A DNA stretch of 63,063 nucleotides, counting the filler, from Octopus bimaculoides (lineage: Eukaryota), in NCBI RefSeq assembly GCF_001194135.2. It is 4 parts of 4 records of this genome, joined end to end, with 100 filler letters (N's around TTAATTAATTAA, not from the genome) between each part and the next. Parts side by side here need not be neighbours in the genome. Positions count along the whole stretch, not along the records: positions 1 to 19,724 come from NC_068986.1; 3 more parts are not named here. The stretch is one strand, 5' to 3'. Below the pieces are notes generated by a model that was not told the origin of the DNA, did not search any database, and was given only the letters and a program-made list of their open reading frames with translations. Numbering within the stretch: position 1 is the stretch's first letter; each line of letters starts with the position of its first letter. Shown here one piece after another: positions 1 to 12,735 of this stretch. The translations under genes were made by a program, and so were the position numbers.

Positions 1-38
<38 letters not shown>

Positions 39-411
39 AGGTGGTGGTGGTGGTGGTGGTGGTGGTGGTGGTGCTTGTGGTGTTTAAATCATAGCAACTG
101 TGGTCGACCAGACAGACAGTCAAAGGCATGCCAGACATGACCATCACGTCTTGTTCCCGAGGCAGAGTTATCTAAGTAGAACTCTATAACCCAATGTATC
201 CATTGCTTTTGTTTTTTTTTTAATGTTAGAGTATGATCTGAGGGAGATTTGGCTGCCATTCCTTGTAGGTCGAACGACTGCATTGTACGGGTATTCAATA
301 GAAAGAGCAGCAGCAGCAGTAGTAGCAGTAGTAGTTGTACTACTACTGCTACTACTAATAGTATTTGAGGTAATAGTAGTAGTAGTAGTCGTAGTAGTAG
401 TAGTAGTAGTT

Positions 412-452
<41 letters not shown>

Positions 453-546
453 AGCGTTGGAAGCAGTTGTAGTAGTAGTAGTAGTTGTAGTAGTAGTAGT
501 AGTAGTAGTAGTAGTTGTTGTAGTAGTAGTAGTAGTAGTAGTAGTT

Positions 547-581
<35 letters not shown>

Positions 582-612
582 TGTAGTAGTAGTAGTTGTT
601 GTAGTAGTAGTA
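1..612. repeat. (GTA)n/(GGT)n trinucleotide microsatellites
   Basis: Visible AGT/GGT runs at 1-75 and 303-612, running into an N gap. Confidence 0.95.
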
Positions 613-1200
613 NNNNNNNNNNNNNNNNNNNNNNNNNNNNNNNNNNNNNNNNNNNNNNNNNNNNNNNNNNNNNNNNNNNNNNNNNNNNNNNNNNNNNNNN
701 NNNNNNNNNNNNNNNNNNNNNNNNNNNNNNNNNNNNNNNNNNNNNNNNNNNNNNNNNNNNNNNNNNNNNNNNNNNNNNNNNNNNNNNNNNNNNNNNNNNN
801 NNNNNNNNNNNNNNNNNNNNNNNNNNNNNNNNNNNNNNNNNNNNNNNNNNNNNNNNNNNNNNNNNNNNNNNNNNNNNNNNNNNNNNNNNNNNNNNNNNNN
901 NNNNNNNNNNNNNNNNNNNNNNNNNNNNNNNNNNNNNNNNNNNNNNNNNNNNNNNNNNNNNNNNNNNNNNNNNNNNNNNNNNNNNNNNNNNNNNNNNNNN
1001 NNNNNNNNNNNNNNNNNNNNNNNNNNNNNNNNNNNNNNNNNNNNNNNNNNNNNNNNNNNNNNNNNNNNNNNNNNNNNNNNGAGGAGGAGGAGTAAGATGC
1101 CGAAATAGTTTTCAACTGATTCATCAAATGTAACACACACACATAAAGATACACATACACACATACACATACGTACATTACACACGTATGAACAAGCAAT

Positions 1201-1247
<47 letters not shown>

Positions 1248-1320
1248 CATAAACATTAGGTTAGCTAGGAATTCTGCAATGTAATCATACCAATATGGCG
1301 TCCTTTTCTAAACGAAGATG

Positions 1321-1322
1321 TT

Positions 1323-1353
<31 letters not shown>

Positions 1354-1377
1354 CCACCATCACCGTCATCATCACCG

Positions 1378-1415
<38 letters not shown>

Positions 1416-1450
1416 GCCACCATCATCATCATCATCATCTTCATCATCAT
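1321..1450. repeat. (CAT)n microsatellite
   Basis: Visible CAT/CAC run; source of the poly-M/H/S ORFs. Confidence 0.95.
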
Positions 1451-2001
1451 TGGCAAGTGAGCAAGCAAGGCTCTCCCACCTTCAGTTTTATGGGGATGCC
1501 TGGTGTGTGTGTGCGGTGGACGGGATGTGGTGAGAGTGAACTAATCGATTGGATCGAATCCTGTGTCCTCGACTGCTATTTCGTCTTCTTGACCTACCGA
1601 AGGATGAAGGTCAAATTTGACCTGGGCGAGGTCACCAAAGCTAACTAAAATGTCGCAATTTAATTTGTTCTCCGCACCACAGATTCTCTTACACAGCAGA
1701 GTTTCCTATCGAAGCATGATTAACTTAAAATAACTGACGCTGCACTGAGAGCCATTAGTCATTAGTCATTAGTCATTAGTCGCGTATCATTCAATGTAAT
1801 ATAGTTCTAGCGCATACACACACTCACAGTTCTCTCTCTTTCTCTCTCTCTCTCTCGTTCTGTGTATGCGTGTATGTATATAAATGTGTGTGTGTGTGTG
1901 TACAAATAAACACACATATATATACATACACACGAATACATATATATATATAGTATATAAATATACATATACACATACATAAACATATCTACATATATAT
2001 A

Positions 2002-2043
<42 letters not shown>

Positions 2044-2084
2044 TATCTATCTATCTTTCTCTCTCTCTCTCTCTTCCTCTCTCT

Positions 2085-2122
<38 letters not shown>

Positions 2123-3428
2123 CATGTACATTCGTATAATACCACATGCAAACGCACACATATACACACGCACACTCACACACACGTATAAACACAGGTT
2201 ATTTTTACAAAAATTCTCTCTTGGCAAACGGTCAATTTTTGGTAAGAATTGGTGGGAAGAGTCTCTTAAATCTGACACCACCAGATGAAAGAAAAGTCTG
2301 CGCGAAAGCATCTATGTGGTTGCTCATTCTGCTGGAAACAGCAGTCAAATCTTTAGCGTATCGTACCCAAACAAAAATATGGCCATTTTGGGTGGATTAT
2401 GTTGACACCGTTATACAATGGCTGAAAATATATTGTATTAGAAAATAATATTATTATAGATCTGTTTGATTAAGGCTACCGGTGTGAGGTGTGTGTGTGT
2501 GTGGGGGGGCGGATAATACCCCCCCCCCATAGCCATAATCAATAAACAGGAACGGAGTATCTATGTGGTCTTTCAAACTGCAAGCAATAGCAGCTAAATT
2601 TTTCTTCAATCCACATCCGCATTGTCTTAACTGAGGACACATTGGATAATACAGTCTGGTTGGATNNNNNNNNNNNNNNNNNNNNNNNNNNNNNNNNNNN
2701 NNNNNNNNNNNNNNNNNNNNNNNNNNNNNNNNNNNNNNNNNNNNNNNNNNNNNNNNNNNNNNNNNNNNNNNNNNNNNNNNNNNNNNNNNNNNNNNNNNNN
2801 NNNNNNNNNNNNNNNNNNNNNNNNNNNNNNNNNNNNNNNNNNNNNNNNNNNNNNNNNNNNNNNNNNNNNNNNNNNNNNNNNNNNNNNNNNNNNNNNNNNN
2901 NNNNNNNNNNNNNNNNNNNNNNNNNNNNNNNNNNNNNNNNNNNNNNNNNNNNNNNNNNNTCCCGAATGGCATTTTTGGCCGCCGATCTACTGAAACAGCC
3001 AATTCACCAGCGAATATTACATAAATTATTTGTCATACGATGACAAGTTACTTTGCAAGTATGCTTTTGTCACGCTGGATCATATCGTGAAATATGGCAG
3101 ACATACAATAATTAAAATCCAACTTTTATCATATTTCTCACTTCTTATACAAGATGATGAAATGAATATTAATTTTCAAGTGAAAAATATTTATTAGCAT
3201 AAAATAAGATTAGATAAAAATTTCTCGTTTCTATCTTCGCAATAAATATTTTGCTATTAAATTCAAATTACGATGAACGTAAACAAACAAACGAAGTTTG
3301 CTTTGAGAAGCGTTGAGATGTCTTAGAAAGTTAAAGAAATGATTTTAAAATTCTCAAACGCAGAATAATGCTAATAATATAGCCCGAACAGGATAAGCTA
3401 CCCCCATTTTGCAGGAAAAAGTGTTGGC

Positions 3429-3505
3429 GGCCACCTATGAGATTCGAACTCACACCTCCGTGATTACGCATCGCGGAGCTCTAGACCGATTAGGCTAAAC
3501 TGCCC
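3429..3505 (-). tRNA. tRNA-like sequence (pseudo-tRNA or SINE head) with a Pol III-type T5 terminator
   Basis: Minus strand GGGCAGTTTAGCCTAATCGG...GTTCGAATC...AGGTGGCC. A box and B box present; anticodon-arm-like CCGCGA-TGCGTAA-TCACGG; acceptor stem imperfect; TTTTT about 8 nt downstream. Confidence 0.55.
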
Positions 3506-3879
3506 TCAAATTACATTCTTCTGCAAATTTAAGATGTATAGAAATCTCGCTTTATGAGACGCTATCATAGCATGGTCGCAATCTGCTTCATCAAAAACCT
3601 ATTTCTATAAAATTTCATTAAAACAATGCGTATCATTCAGGAAGTTTTGGCACTCATCCTGCTCCTCTTACGTTAACTCTCTCTGTATCTTCCTGTTATT
3701 TTTCTCCCCCCTTTCTCTCTCTTTACGATGTAAAGCGTGACTGAAGAACTCAACTAACCAACCAACCAACAGACATTTATAACGGGTATTACTGCATAAA
3801 GATTGATTTTAGAGTGTTGTTGGGTGCCCTTTGCTCTCTACCAGTCGGGCAATGCAGTTAGTGGAAGTTTTATATTAGC

Positions 3880-4660
3880 AATATATAGAAACATAGCGGT
3901 ATGTAAGATCGTTGACGTTCTCGAGGAAACTCTAGAATCAAGGAGAATGAACTTGCTATTCCTTTCCGATAACTTTCGGGCTCGTTTCTACCATGGATAA
4001 CTTCCGGAAATCCTTGGTCTGGCAGTGCTACCGAAGAGCATGACCTGTTCGAGATTACCTCTTCAGGTAAGGAAGCGCTCCGAAGCGGGAGTGTCCGAGA
4101 TGCGCGTGGAGCGACGAAACCGTTCTGCACGCGCTTGGGTAGTGTCCGAATATTGTTGATTTGTGGAGTTATGCCGATCGGCTGTTATCGCGTGTGGGGC
4201 AAATCCTACTATCGGGTAAATCCATCGTGAGGATTGCCCTAGCACCCACGTTTAACAAAGCAGGACGGGCGGTGTTCCTCTGTCTAGTGGCTATGGCGAA
4301 AGAAACTGTAAGTTGTACGAGGCTGAAAGGATTGAGGACAAACAGCTTCCTCTTCGGTCAAGCCCTCATCGACTTTTTAAAGTTCCATTTGGAAAGAAAA
4401 GTAAGAGTGGAAAGGGAAGTGCTACCCGCAAATGAATTTGTGAAAAAATGGGCAAGATTGGCAGAAAATGGTAAGAAAGAATGACTACCCTAAGCATGCG
4501 CCTGCAGATTGGAGGACAACACCTGAGCAACGGCTCGTGTCTTTGGTGGTCAGTGTAATCTTGAATCTGTGAGGTCTCTTGATAGGCCGTTGTTGGAATT
4601 TCACCAGTATCAGGAGGACTGCATCATTCATGTATCAAGATAAACAATGCATGATCTTGC
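3880..4660 (+). mobile_element. L1/Tx1-clade LINE, decayed 3' end of ORF2 plus 3' flank
   Basis: Frame of ORF 4161-4484 extended upstream reads CPRCAWSDETVLHALG*CP from 4092, the CxxC..ETxxH..C knuckle of L1/Tx1 ORF2, with an in-frame stop; C-terminus FLKFHLERKVRVEREVL. Confidence 0.8.
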
Positions 4661-4661
4661 A

Positions 4662-4975
4662 GGTGGAGCCCAGTTAGAATAGCCCATCCCGTTCAAAAGG
4701 CCTGAATAAGGGGGTGGAGCCCAGTTAGAATTTTATTCAGGCCGAGTAGCCCATCCCGTTCAAAAGGCCTGAATAAGGGTTACCTAAGGATGTTGAATGA
4801 CGCACCCATATTTCCAAAGGTTAATTATCCAAACCCCAAAGAATTCCTCTCAACACATGGCTATGATGCTCCCCCACTACTTCTGCTCATGATCAGAGAT
4901 GCACATATCGTCAGTCACTGAGTGACAAGGTCAGCTGGTTAAGATCAAACAACTGACAAGCAAATCTGTGGTAAT
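4662..4975. repeat. Interspersed repeat fragment with a tandemly duplicated 5' segment (family not identified)
   Basis: GGTGGAGCCCAGTTAGAAT...AGCCCATCCCGTTCAAAAGGCCTGAATAAGG present at 4662-4712 and 4713-4779. Confidence 0.45.
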
Positions 4976-4989
4976 TTATTAATTTGTGG

Positions 4990-5018
4990 TATCATTATTA
5001 TTACTGTTGTTGTTGTTG

Positions 5019-5063
<45 letters not shown>

Positions 5064-5123
5064 TTATTATTGTTGTTGTTGTTGTTGTTATCATTATTAT
5101 TATCATTATTATTATTATTATTA
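4990..5123. repeat. Compound (TAT)n/(TGT)n microsatellite
   Basis: Directly visible. Confidence 0.95.
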
Positions 5124-5967
5124 TGAATTAGAGGACAGGTTAGCGCTTATGAAATTGTTCAAGTCTGTAAGAGTGACGGTGGGGTGGGATAAGAAACGAA
5201 GTTATCCGAACAGTGGAACTTGAACCAAATTCTTGAAGCAATAGATCTGCAAAAAAAAAAAAAAAAACACCAGAGAACCATAAAATGATATTGCAATCGA
5301 GCAAAGAACTGGGTTTGCCATTCCAAGAATGGGATCTTCGAACACGTGCCAAAATATTTTGCATAGAAGATCTACTGGCGATTGGATGTTGTGTATCTAG
5401 GATTACATTATCCAATGTGCAAAATTGCTTGTCACTTACATGCTTTATACATCACTGGTGCTCCTGTGTGTCTCGTTACTATCATTTTAAATATTCATGT
5501 GTATTGACCCCCTTCTGATAGTCACTCCATGTCTTGTTGAAATACAGCTTTCTTTTTTCGGTTATAGATTTATTGATTATTAATTAGCTCATAATTACAA
5601 GCGGTATGAAAGAAGATGGCGAGAACGATGTGCTGATTAAGGAGGACAGGAAGCATTACTAGAATTCACGAGACCCTTCACTGACTATTCATAGAAACCA
5701 TAGCCATTGTCTACCGTCACCTGAATGGGCGTTTCTTTCTCTCTGTTTTTACCTGGGCCAACACAAAAGAAGGTCGCGTGCACTTTTCAATGAATCCGGT
5801 TCTAGTAGGAAGACTGAAAAGCGAGCTGAGATGCGGGATGTTCTTATCCAACCGATCAAGTGGGTTTTACACTCGTCTGGGATTGGTTGCCCTTATTTAT
5901 TTTGTTTCTTTTAATGATATTCCATGCATACTTTTATATACTCTTTACTCTACTCTCTTTTATATGT

Positions 5968-6162
5968 GTTTCAGTCATTTGACTGCGGCCATGCTGGAGC
6001 ATCGCCTTTAGTCGAGCATATCGACCCCAGGACTTATTCTTTGTAAGCCTAGTACTTATCCTATCGGTCTCTTTTGCCGAACCGCGAAGTTACAGGGGCG
6101 TAAACACACCAGCATCGGTTGTCAAGCGATGTTGAGGGGGGCAAACACAGACACACAAATAT

Positions 6163-6247
<85 letters not shown>

Positions 6248-6409
6248 TACGACGGGCTTCTTTCAGTTTCCGTCTACCAAATCCACTCACAAGGCTTTGA
6301 TCGGCCCGGTGTTACTGTAGAAGTCACTTGCCCAAGGTGCCACGCAGTGGGATTGAACCCGGAACAATGTGGTTCATGAGCAAGCTACTTACTACACAGC
6401 CACTCCCAC
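5968..6409 (-). mobile_element. tRNA-derived SINE family 1 (CORE-like body, internal CA/TA microsatellite)
   Basis: Minus-strand head with A box and B box (GGTTCAATCC) then CACCTTGGGCAAGTG; homologous copies at 6446, 9681, 50020. Confidence 0.85.
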
Positions 6410-6445
6410 TATATATATATATATGTGTGCATGTGTGTGTGTGTG

Positions 6446-6674
6446 TTCTTTTATTCTTTTATTTGTTTCGGTCATTTTGACTGCGACGACCATACTGCAG
6501 CACCACCTTTAGTGGAACAAATCTTTGTAATCCTAGTACTTATTCAAACGGTTTCTTTTGCCGAACCACTAAGTTACGGGGACGTAAACACACCAACATC
6601 GGTTGTCAAGCGATGGTGGGTGGTCAAACAGACACACAAACATACACTCACACGCACACAAGCAAACACACACT

Positions 6675-6713
<39 letters not shown>

Positions 6714-6872
6714 GACGGGCTTCTTTCAGTTTCCGTCTACCAAATCCACTCACAAGGCTTTGGTCAGCCTGAGGCTATAGTAGAAGACACTTGCCCAAAG
6801 TGCCACACAGTGAGATTGAAGCCGGAATCATGTGGTTGGTAAGCAAGCTACTTACTACACAGTCACTCCTGC
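6446..6872 (-). mobile_element. SINE family 1, second copy in tandem with the first
   Basis: Collinear homology with 5968-6409 including the internal microsatellite; AAAGAATA-type tail. Confidence 0.85.
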
Positions 6873-6908
6873 ACGTATATACACATACATATATATGTCC
6901 TTTTTAGG

Positions 6909-7835
6909 CAGGTAGTGCATGAAAGCATTCGATATTCCTCATACAAGATGAGAAAGGGCCAATTTTTATCCCAAGCCACCAGGAACAAGAGGAAAGACCG
7001 CGCTACGAAGCTTTTCAGCAAACTCAAGCATCCCCTCCAATCGAACATCCTTTGGTTTTTCTCAGGCGAGAAAAATTTCTGCCAGGATCAGATGGTGAAC
7101 ACACAGATTAACTGTTGGCTTGCTGTGTCCCCAAAACACGTACCGGGAGTGATAAAAATCAAACATGCGCTCAACATCATGGTGTTTGGAGTAATAACGA
7201 GTGTTGGCCACGTCATGCCTCCATTCATCTTCCCACACGGAGACCTACATCAAGCGCCCGGAAGAGGTAGTGCTGCCCTAGGTCAAGAAGGTGATTGCTG
7301 GAAGACCCTATGTCTGGCAACAGGACTCTGCACCATGCCACAAAAGCTGGAGAACCCAGTCATGGCTGTCAGACAATTTCTGCGACCACATCACCCCTAA
7401 CATCTGGCCACCTAACTCCTCACACTGCAACCCCCTTGATTATTATGTGTGGGGCGCAGTTGAGCGAGAGACCAACAAAACTCTTTGTAACACCAAAGAT
7501 GAACTGAAGGCATGGATTATGGCAGCATTCGCCAACTTAAACAAAAAGACCGTCCAGAAGAGTTGCAGGTGATTCCGAAGTCGTCTGGAGGCCATGGTTG
7601 AAGCCAATGGCGATTTTATTGAATAAATTTACTTATTAATATTTCAAGATATTAAGGCTGCGAGCTGGCAGAATCATTTGCACGCCGAGCGAAATGCTTA
7701 GCAGTCTTTCGTTTGTCTTTACGTTCTGAGTTCAATTTCCGCCGAGGTCGACTTTGCTTTTTCATCCTTTCGCGGTCGATAAATTAAGTACCAGTTGCGT
7801 ACTAGGGTCGATTCATATACCGCACCTTGTGTATA
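6909..7835 (+). mobile_element. Tc1/mariner DD37D (maT-type) transposon remnant, frameshifted, with a SINE inserted in its 3' end
   Basis: ORFs 6915-7400 (WFFSGEKNF, first D mutated) and 7291-7572 (QQDSAPCH...WPPNSSHCNPLDY); 37 residues counted between D2 and D3; possible right TIR CGCACCTTGTGTATA at 7821-7835. Confidence 0.85.
7656..7812 (+). mobile_element. SINE family 2 (GGCGGCGAGCTGGCAGAATCG head)
   Basis: Homologous to copies at 15474, 15845, 16742, 16881, 56894. Confidence 0.85.
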
Positions 7836-9375
7836 TCATAAAAGCTGATATGCTGGTTAGTTGATCAGTTAATTGACTGAGTTCTCCAGTTACGCTTTAT
7901 ATCGTATAGAGAGGAGGGGAGAGAAAGAGTAAAAGACAGATACATAAAGAGTTAAGTTAAGAGGTGCATACAAATTTAAGAAGCAGGCGGTGAGTAATGG
8001 ATCCCTTGACGGAATCACGTGAACCTAAAGCCACAAAAGATAAATCTACAATAAAAAAAAAAAATATTGCGTTAGGTGAAAAGATAACGGGATGAAATCC
8101 AAGAATCTTTAATTAATAGATTGTTGGTGACAATCAAGGAATAGTTATCGCGCATTCAATGGCGGCTGTAGGAGAATTCGTGTTCCGCTCCAAACCGAAA
8201 GTGCTAATGCTTGCTTTCAGAAAACCCGCGAGAGGCCGATTAATTGAATTTTGCCTGTAGATTACAATAACGAGAGGACAAAGTATTTCCAGGGTGGAAT
8301 GTAGTCGGAGTTCTGGTTGCTCTGAAATCCGTTTGGTGGCGCATTCTCACTCCCTTGTTGGTGTGTGCCTTTGTTTATTAAAATTTGTATAACGTTTTGG
8401 CACCATTGATAGTATATGCACTTGTTTTCTAACTCTTCTGCATGACCTGTTTTGTGTTACATGGTAAGTGCCTTCTGGCTAATAAAGAAATTATTGTTGT
8501 TGAAGTCGTTTCAAGAAAACATCTAATGTGGACACCTCCCGTCACCTTCCCAACAAATGGTCGTGATTATTGGAAAACAAGGGAATAATGAGACTAACAA
8601 AAGCGTAGCCTAAATAGAATGGGTGATAGTCCTGCCTTGGTTTAAGTAAAAAGGCAGCTGACTATCTGTCATGCTTGCAAAATATTGCCGGAAGCAACTG
8701 ATGAATGTCACCGCCATTACTTTCAATGAGCTTCCGGTTGATTTGACTGACGGCGAGTTATCAGCAAACAATATTTTTAAACCAACCCCGTTCTTCGCTT
8801 CCAAGTGAAGTCGACAGCAATTAAAATTTGATGTTCGTTTTGTTGTTTCACTAAGGAAGAACGGAGCGTTTTGTTCCTCTTTTAAATCTCTTCTCATCTC
8901 TCTCTCTCTTTCATTCTTACTCTCTCTCTCTCCCTTTTCTTTCTCTCTTCTCGTCCTTTCTCCTCTATCTCTCTCCTTCTTACTCTGTCTCCGCCTCTAA
9001 TCTTTTAAATAACAACAACAATGAAACAAAATAAGAGATGCTAATCAAACGTTATTTGTCCTCATAGAAAACCACTTAGTAAAGGGATTTTCCTTCTCAA
9101 ACTCTCTTCAATGAAAAAGAAAAAAAGAAAAAAAAGAAAAAATTGAAAAATTGAAAAAAATCGTTTTTTTTTTCCAAAAAAATGTAAATTAATTTATTTT
9201 TCTATTCTGTTTGATTAAACTTGCTGAATGATCTGACAACTATACACCCTTTTAACATGTTTTTTTTTGTTGCTTTTTCTTGTTTTTAATTTTAAATTCG
9301 TGTTTAAATTAAGAAATAAAAAATATTTAAAGGCTTAAGTTTTTTCTCGTTTGTTTTATGATTACTTTCACGGTT

Positions 9376-9391
9376 TCTTCTTCTTCTTCTT

Positions 9392-9422
<31 letters not shown>

Positions 9423-9447
9423 TTATTATTATTATTATTATTATTAT
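9376..9447. repeat. (TTC)n(TAT)n microsatellite
   Basis: Directly visible. Confidence 0.95.
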
Positions 9448-9680
9448 NNNNNNNNNNNNNNNNNNNNNNNNNNNNNNNNNNNNNNNNNNNNNNNNNNNNN
9501 NNNNNNNNNNNNNNNNNNNNNNNNNNNNNNNNNNNNNNNNNNNNNNNNNNNNNNNNNNNNNNNNNNNNNNNNNNNNNNNNNNNNNNNNNNNNNNNNNNNN
9601 NNNNNNNNNNNNNNNNNNNNNNNNNNNNNNNNNNNNNNNNNNNNNNNNNNNNNNNNNNNNNNNNNNNNNNNNNNNNNNNC

Positions 9681-10035
9681 ATGGTTCCGGGTTCAGTCCC
9701 ACTGCGTGGCACCTTGGGCAAGTGTCTTTTACTATAGCCTCGGACCAACCAAAGCCTTGTAATTGAATTTGGTAGACGGAAACTGAAAGAAGCCCGTCGT
9801 ATATATGTATATGTATGTATATACATATATATGTTTGTGCGTCTGTTTGTCCCCCCAACATCGCTTGATAACCGATGCTGGTGTGTTTGCGTCCCCGTAA
9901 CTTAGCGGTTCGGCAAAAGTTACCGATAGAATAAGTACTAGTCTTACAAAGAATAAGTCCTGGGGTCGATTTGCTCGACTAAAGGCGGTGCTCCAGCATG
10001 GCCGCAGTCAAAAGAACTGAAACAAGTAAAAGAGA
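9681..10035 (+). mobile_element. SINE family 1 (5' end lies in the gap)
   Basis: GGTTCAGTCCCACTGCGTGGCACCTTGGGCAAGTG; body homologous to 5968-6409. Confidence 0.85.
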
Positions 10036-10250
10036 ATGTATATGTATGTATGTATATATGCATTATGTGTGTGTGTATGTATGTATGTATGTATGTATGT
10101 ATATTTGTGTATGAGTGCGTGTATGTTTGTCTGTACACACACACATATAATTACATAAACAAACGTACACGTATACATATGCATATACACGCACATTCAC
10201 GCACACACTTATCATCAAATTATAATTAAAATGTGCATGTGTGAATGTGA

Positions 10251-10281
<31 letters not shown>

Positions 10282-10315
10282 CATATATATATAAATATAT
10301 GTGTGTATATATGGA

Positions 10316-10360
<45 letters not shown>

Positions 10361-11530
10361 GTATATATATATATATATATANNNNNNNNNNNNNNNNNNN
10401 NNNNNNNNNNNNNNNNNNNNNNNNNNNNNNNNNNNNNNNNNNNNNNNNNNNNNNNNNNNNNNNNNNNNNNNNNNNNNNNNNNNNNNNNNNNNNNNNNNNN
10501 NNNNNNNNNNNNNNNNNNNNNNNNNNNNNNNNNNNNNNNNNNNNNNNNNNNNNNNNNNNNNNNNNNNNNNNNNNNNNNNNNNNNNNNNNNNNNNNNNNNN
10601 NNNNNNNNNNNNNNNNNNNNNNNNNNNNNNNNNNNNNNNNNNNNNNNNNNNNNNNNNNNNNNNNNNNNNNNNNNNNNNNNNNNNNNNNNNNNNNNNNNNN
10701 NNNNNNNNNNNNNNNNNNNNNNNNNNNNNNNNNNNNNNNNNNNNNNNNNNNNNNNNNNNNNNNNNNNNNNNNNNNNNNNNNNNNNNNNNNNNNNNNNNNN
10801 NNNNNNNNNNNNNNNNNNNNNNNNNNNNNNNNNNNNNNNNNNNNNNNNNNNNNNNNNNNNNNNNNNNNNNNNNNNNNNNNNNNNNNNNNNNNNNNNNNNN
10901 NNNNNNNNNNNNNNNNNNNNNNNNNNNNNNNNNNNNNNNNNNNNNNNNNNNNNNNNNNNNNNNNNNNNNNNNNNNNNNNNNNNNNNNNNNNNNNNNNNNN
11001 NNNNNNNNNNNNNNNNNNNNNNNNNNNNNNNNNNNNNNNNNNNNNNNNNNNNNNNNNNNNNNNNNNNNNNNNNNNNNNNNNNNNNNNNNNNNNNNNNNNN
11101 NNNNNNNNNNNNNNNNNNNNNNNNNNNNNNNNNNNNNNNNNNNNNNNNNNNNNNNNNNNNNNNNNNNNNNNNNNNNNNNNNNNNNNNNNNNNNNNNNNNN
11201 NNNNNNNNNNNNNNNNNNNNNNNNNNNNNNNNNNNNNNNNNNNNNNNNNNNNNNNNNNNNNNNNNNNNNNNNNNNNNNNNNNNNNNNNNNNNNNNNNNNN
11301 NNNNNNNNNNNNNNNNNNNNNNNNNNNNNNNNNNNNNNNNNNNNNNNNNNNNNNNNNNNNNNNNNNNNNNNNNNNTTTATATTTCGAAAGAAATAAACCT
11401 GTCTTCTGTTTATAAGGGTTCACCATATTTTCCAAGAAAGTACGAGATGAAAGAGAATTGAGAGACGCTTTTTGTTTGGAAATGTGTTACTGTGTGAATC
11501 CAAAATCCACTCTTTCGGCGACAAATTAGA

Positions 11531-11629
<99 letters not shown>

Positions 11630-11644
11630 AAGAAGAAGAAGGAC

Positions 11645-11677
<33 letters not shown>

Positions 11678-11858
11678 AATAATAACAACAACAATAATTA
11701 TAACAACAACAATAATAATGATAACAACAACAATAACAATAATAATAATGATCAAAATAATAATAATAACAACAACAACAACAACAACAATAATAATAAT
11801 AATAATAATAATAATAATCAAAATAACAATAATAACAACAACTATAATAATAATTATA

Positions 11859-11920
<62 letters not shown>

Positions 11921-12009
11921 CAAAATAATGATAATAATAATAATAATAATAATAATCAAAATAATGATACTAATAACTATAATGATAACAATAGTAATAA
12001 TAATAATAT
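11531..12009. repeat. Long compound trinucleotide tract (AAT)(AAG)(GAT)(AAC/AAT)
   Basis: Directly visible; source of the poly-I/R/M/T ORFs. Confidence 0.95.
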
Positions 12010-12673
12010 TAACTGAGAGAAATAAGATAACTGTTTCCACCCACTCACCTCTTCCAATTAGCTCCTCATCCCAATCTCGCAAATGAAATTCTTTCATGAA
12101 TGTGAAGATAATGGAGCGATGACGTCAGAGACAACTAACAATGTTAGAGCAAGTAACTTTGGCTTCTTTTCTTGTCTATAACCGGAGACTGTCTATGTTG
12201 GAATTTGTACAAATTATTCCTACAGATAGAGAGAGACACACACACACACGTGAATATATGCATACATAGATATAAGCATATGTATATAAATACACACATG
12301 CAAACACACACATACTCTCTTACACTCTCACACACAAACACAGACATACGTATATGCGCGTGTATGCTTGTATGCGACACTTCTCTCTTCTCGGCATGTA
12401 CTTAGGTGTACTTGTACTTGCTATGGATCCAACTAGTTTCAATTGAATCAAGTGACGACGAATAGCAAGAATTTGATATGGAAATTCCAGATTCTTCACT
12501 AATTTAGCTTTCGACCAGCACTCTACAAGGCGCTGGAACATTTCGCAACTGCCATCATTTAATATACTTCTCATGTCTGATGTTCACAAAAGGTTATCTA
12601 CCGACGCTAATCCTCGATTCCTGACAACTAAAATCTACATGATTTTCTAACAACATTCTTCTAACTGTTCTCT

Positions 12674-12735
<62 letters not shown>

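Noticed and set aside
168-1533. Long ORFs with poly-V/T/Y/H/S/M
   Set aside because: Translations of trinucleotide microsatellites and N runs; the same applies to all HT/CV/YI/RE/LS and X-rich ORFs in the track
1753-1780. (CATTAGT)x4 heptamer repeat
   Set aside because: Short slippage repeat with no spacers or associated structure
2454-3043. Cys-rich ORF piece CPQLRQCGCGLKK and a G7...C10 hairpin near 2501-2528
   Set aside because: Could be a DNA-transposon end, but it is split by a gap and no family motif or TIR partner was recognisable
8000-8510. Possible LINE 3' UTR ending AATAAAGAAATTATT
   Set aside because: No coding motif or second copy in the window to support a family call
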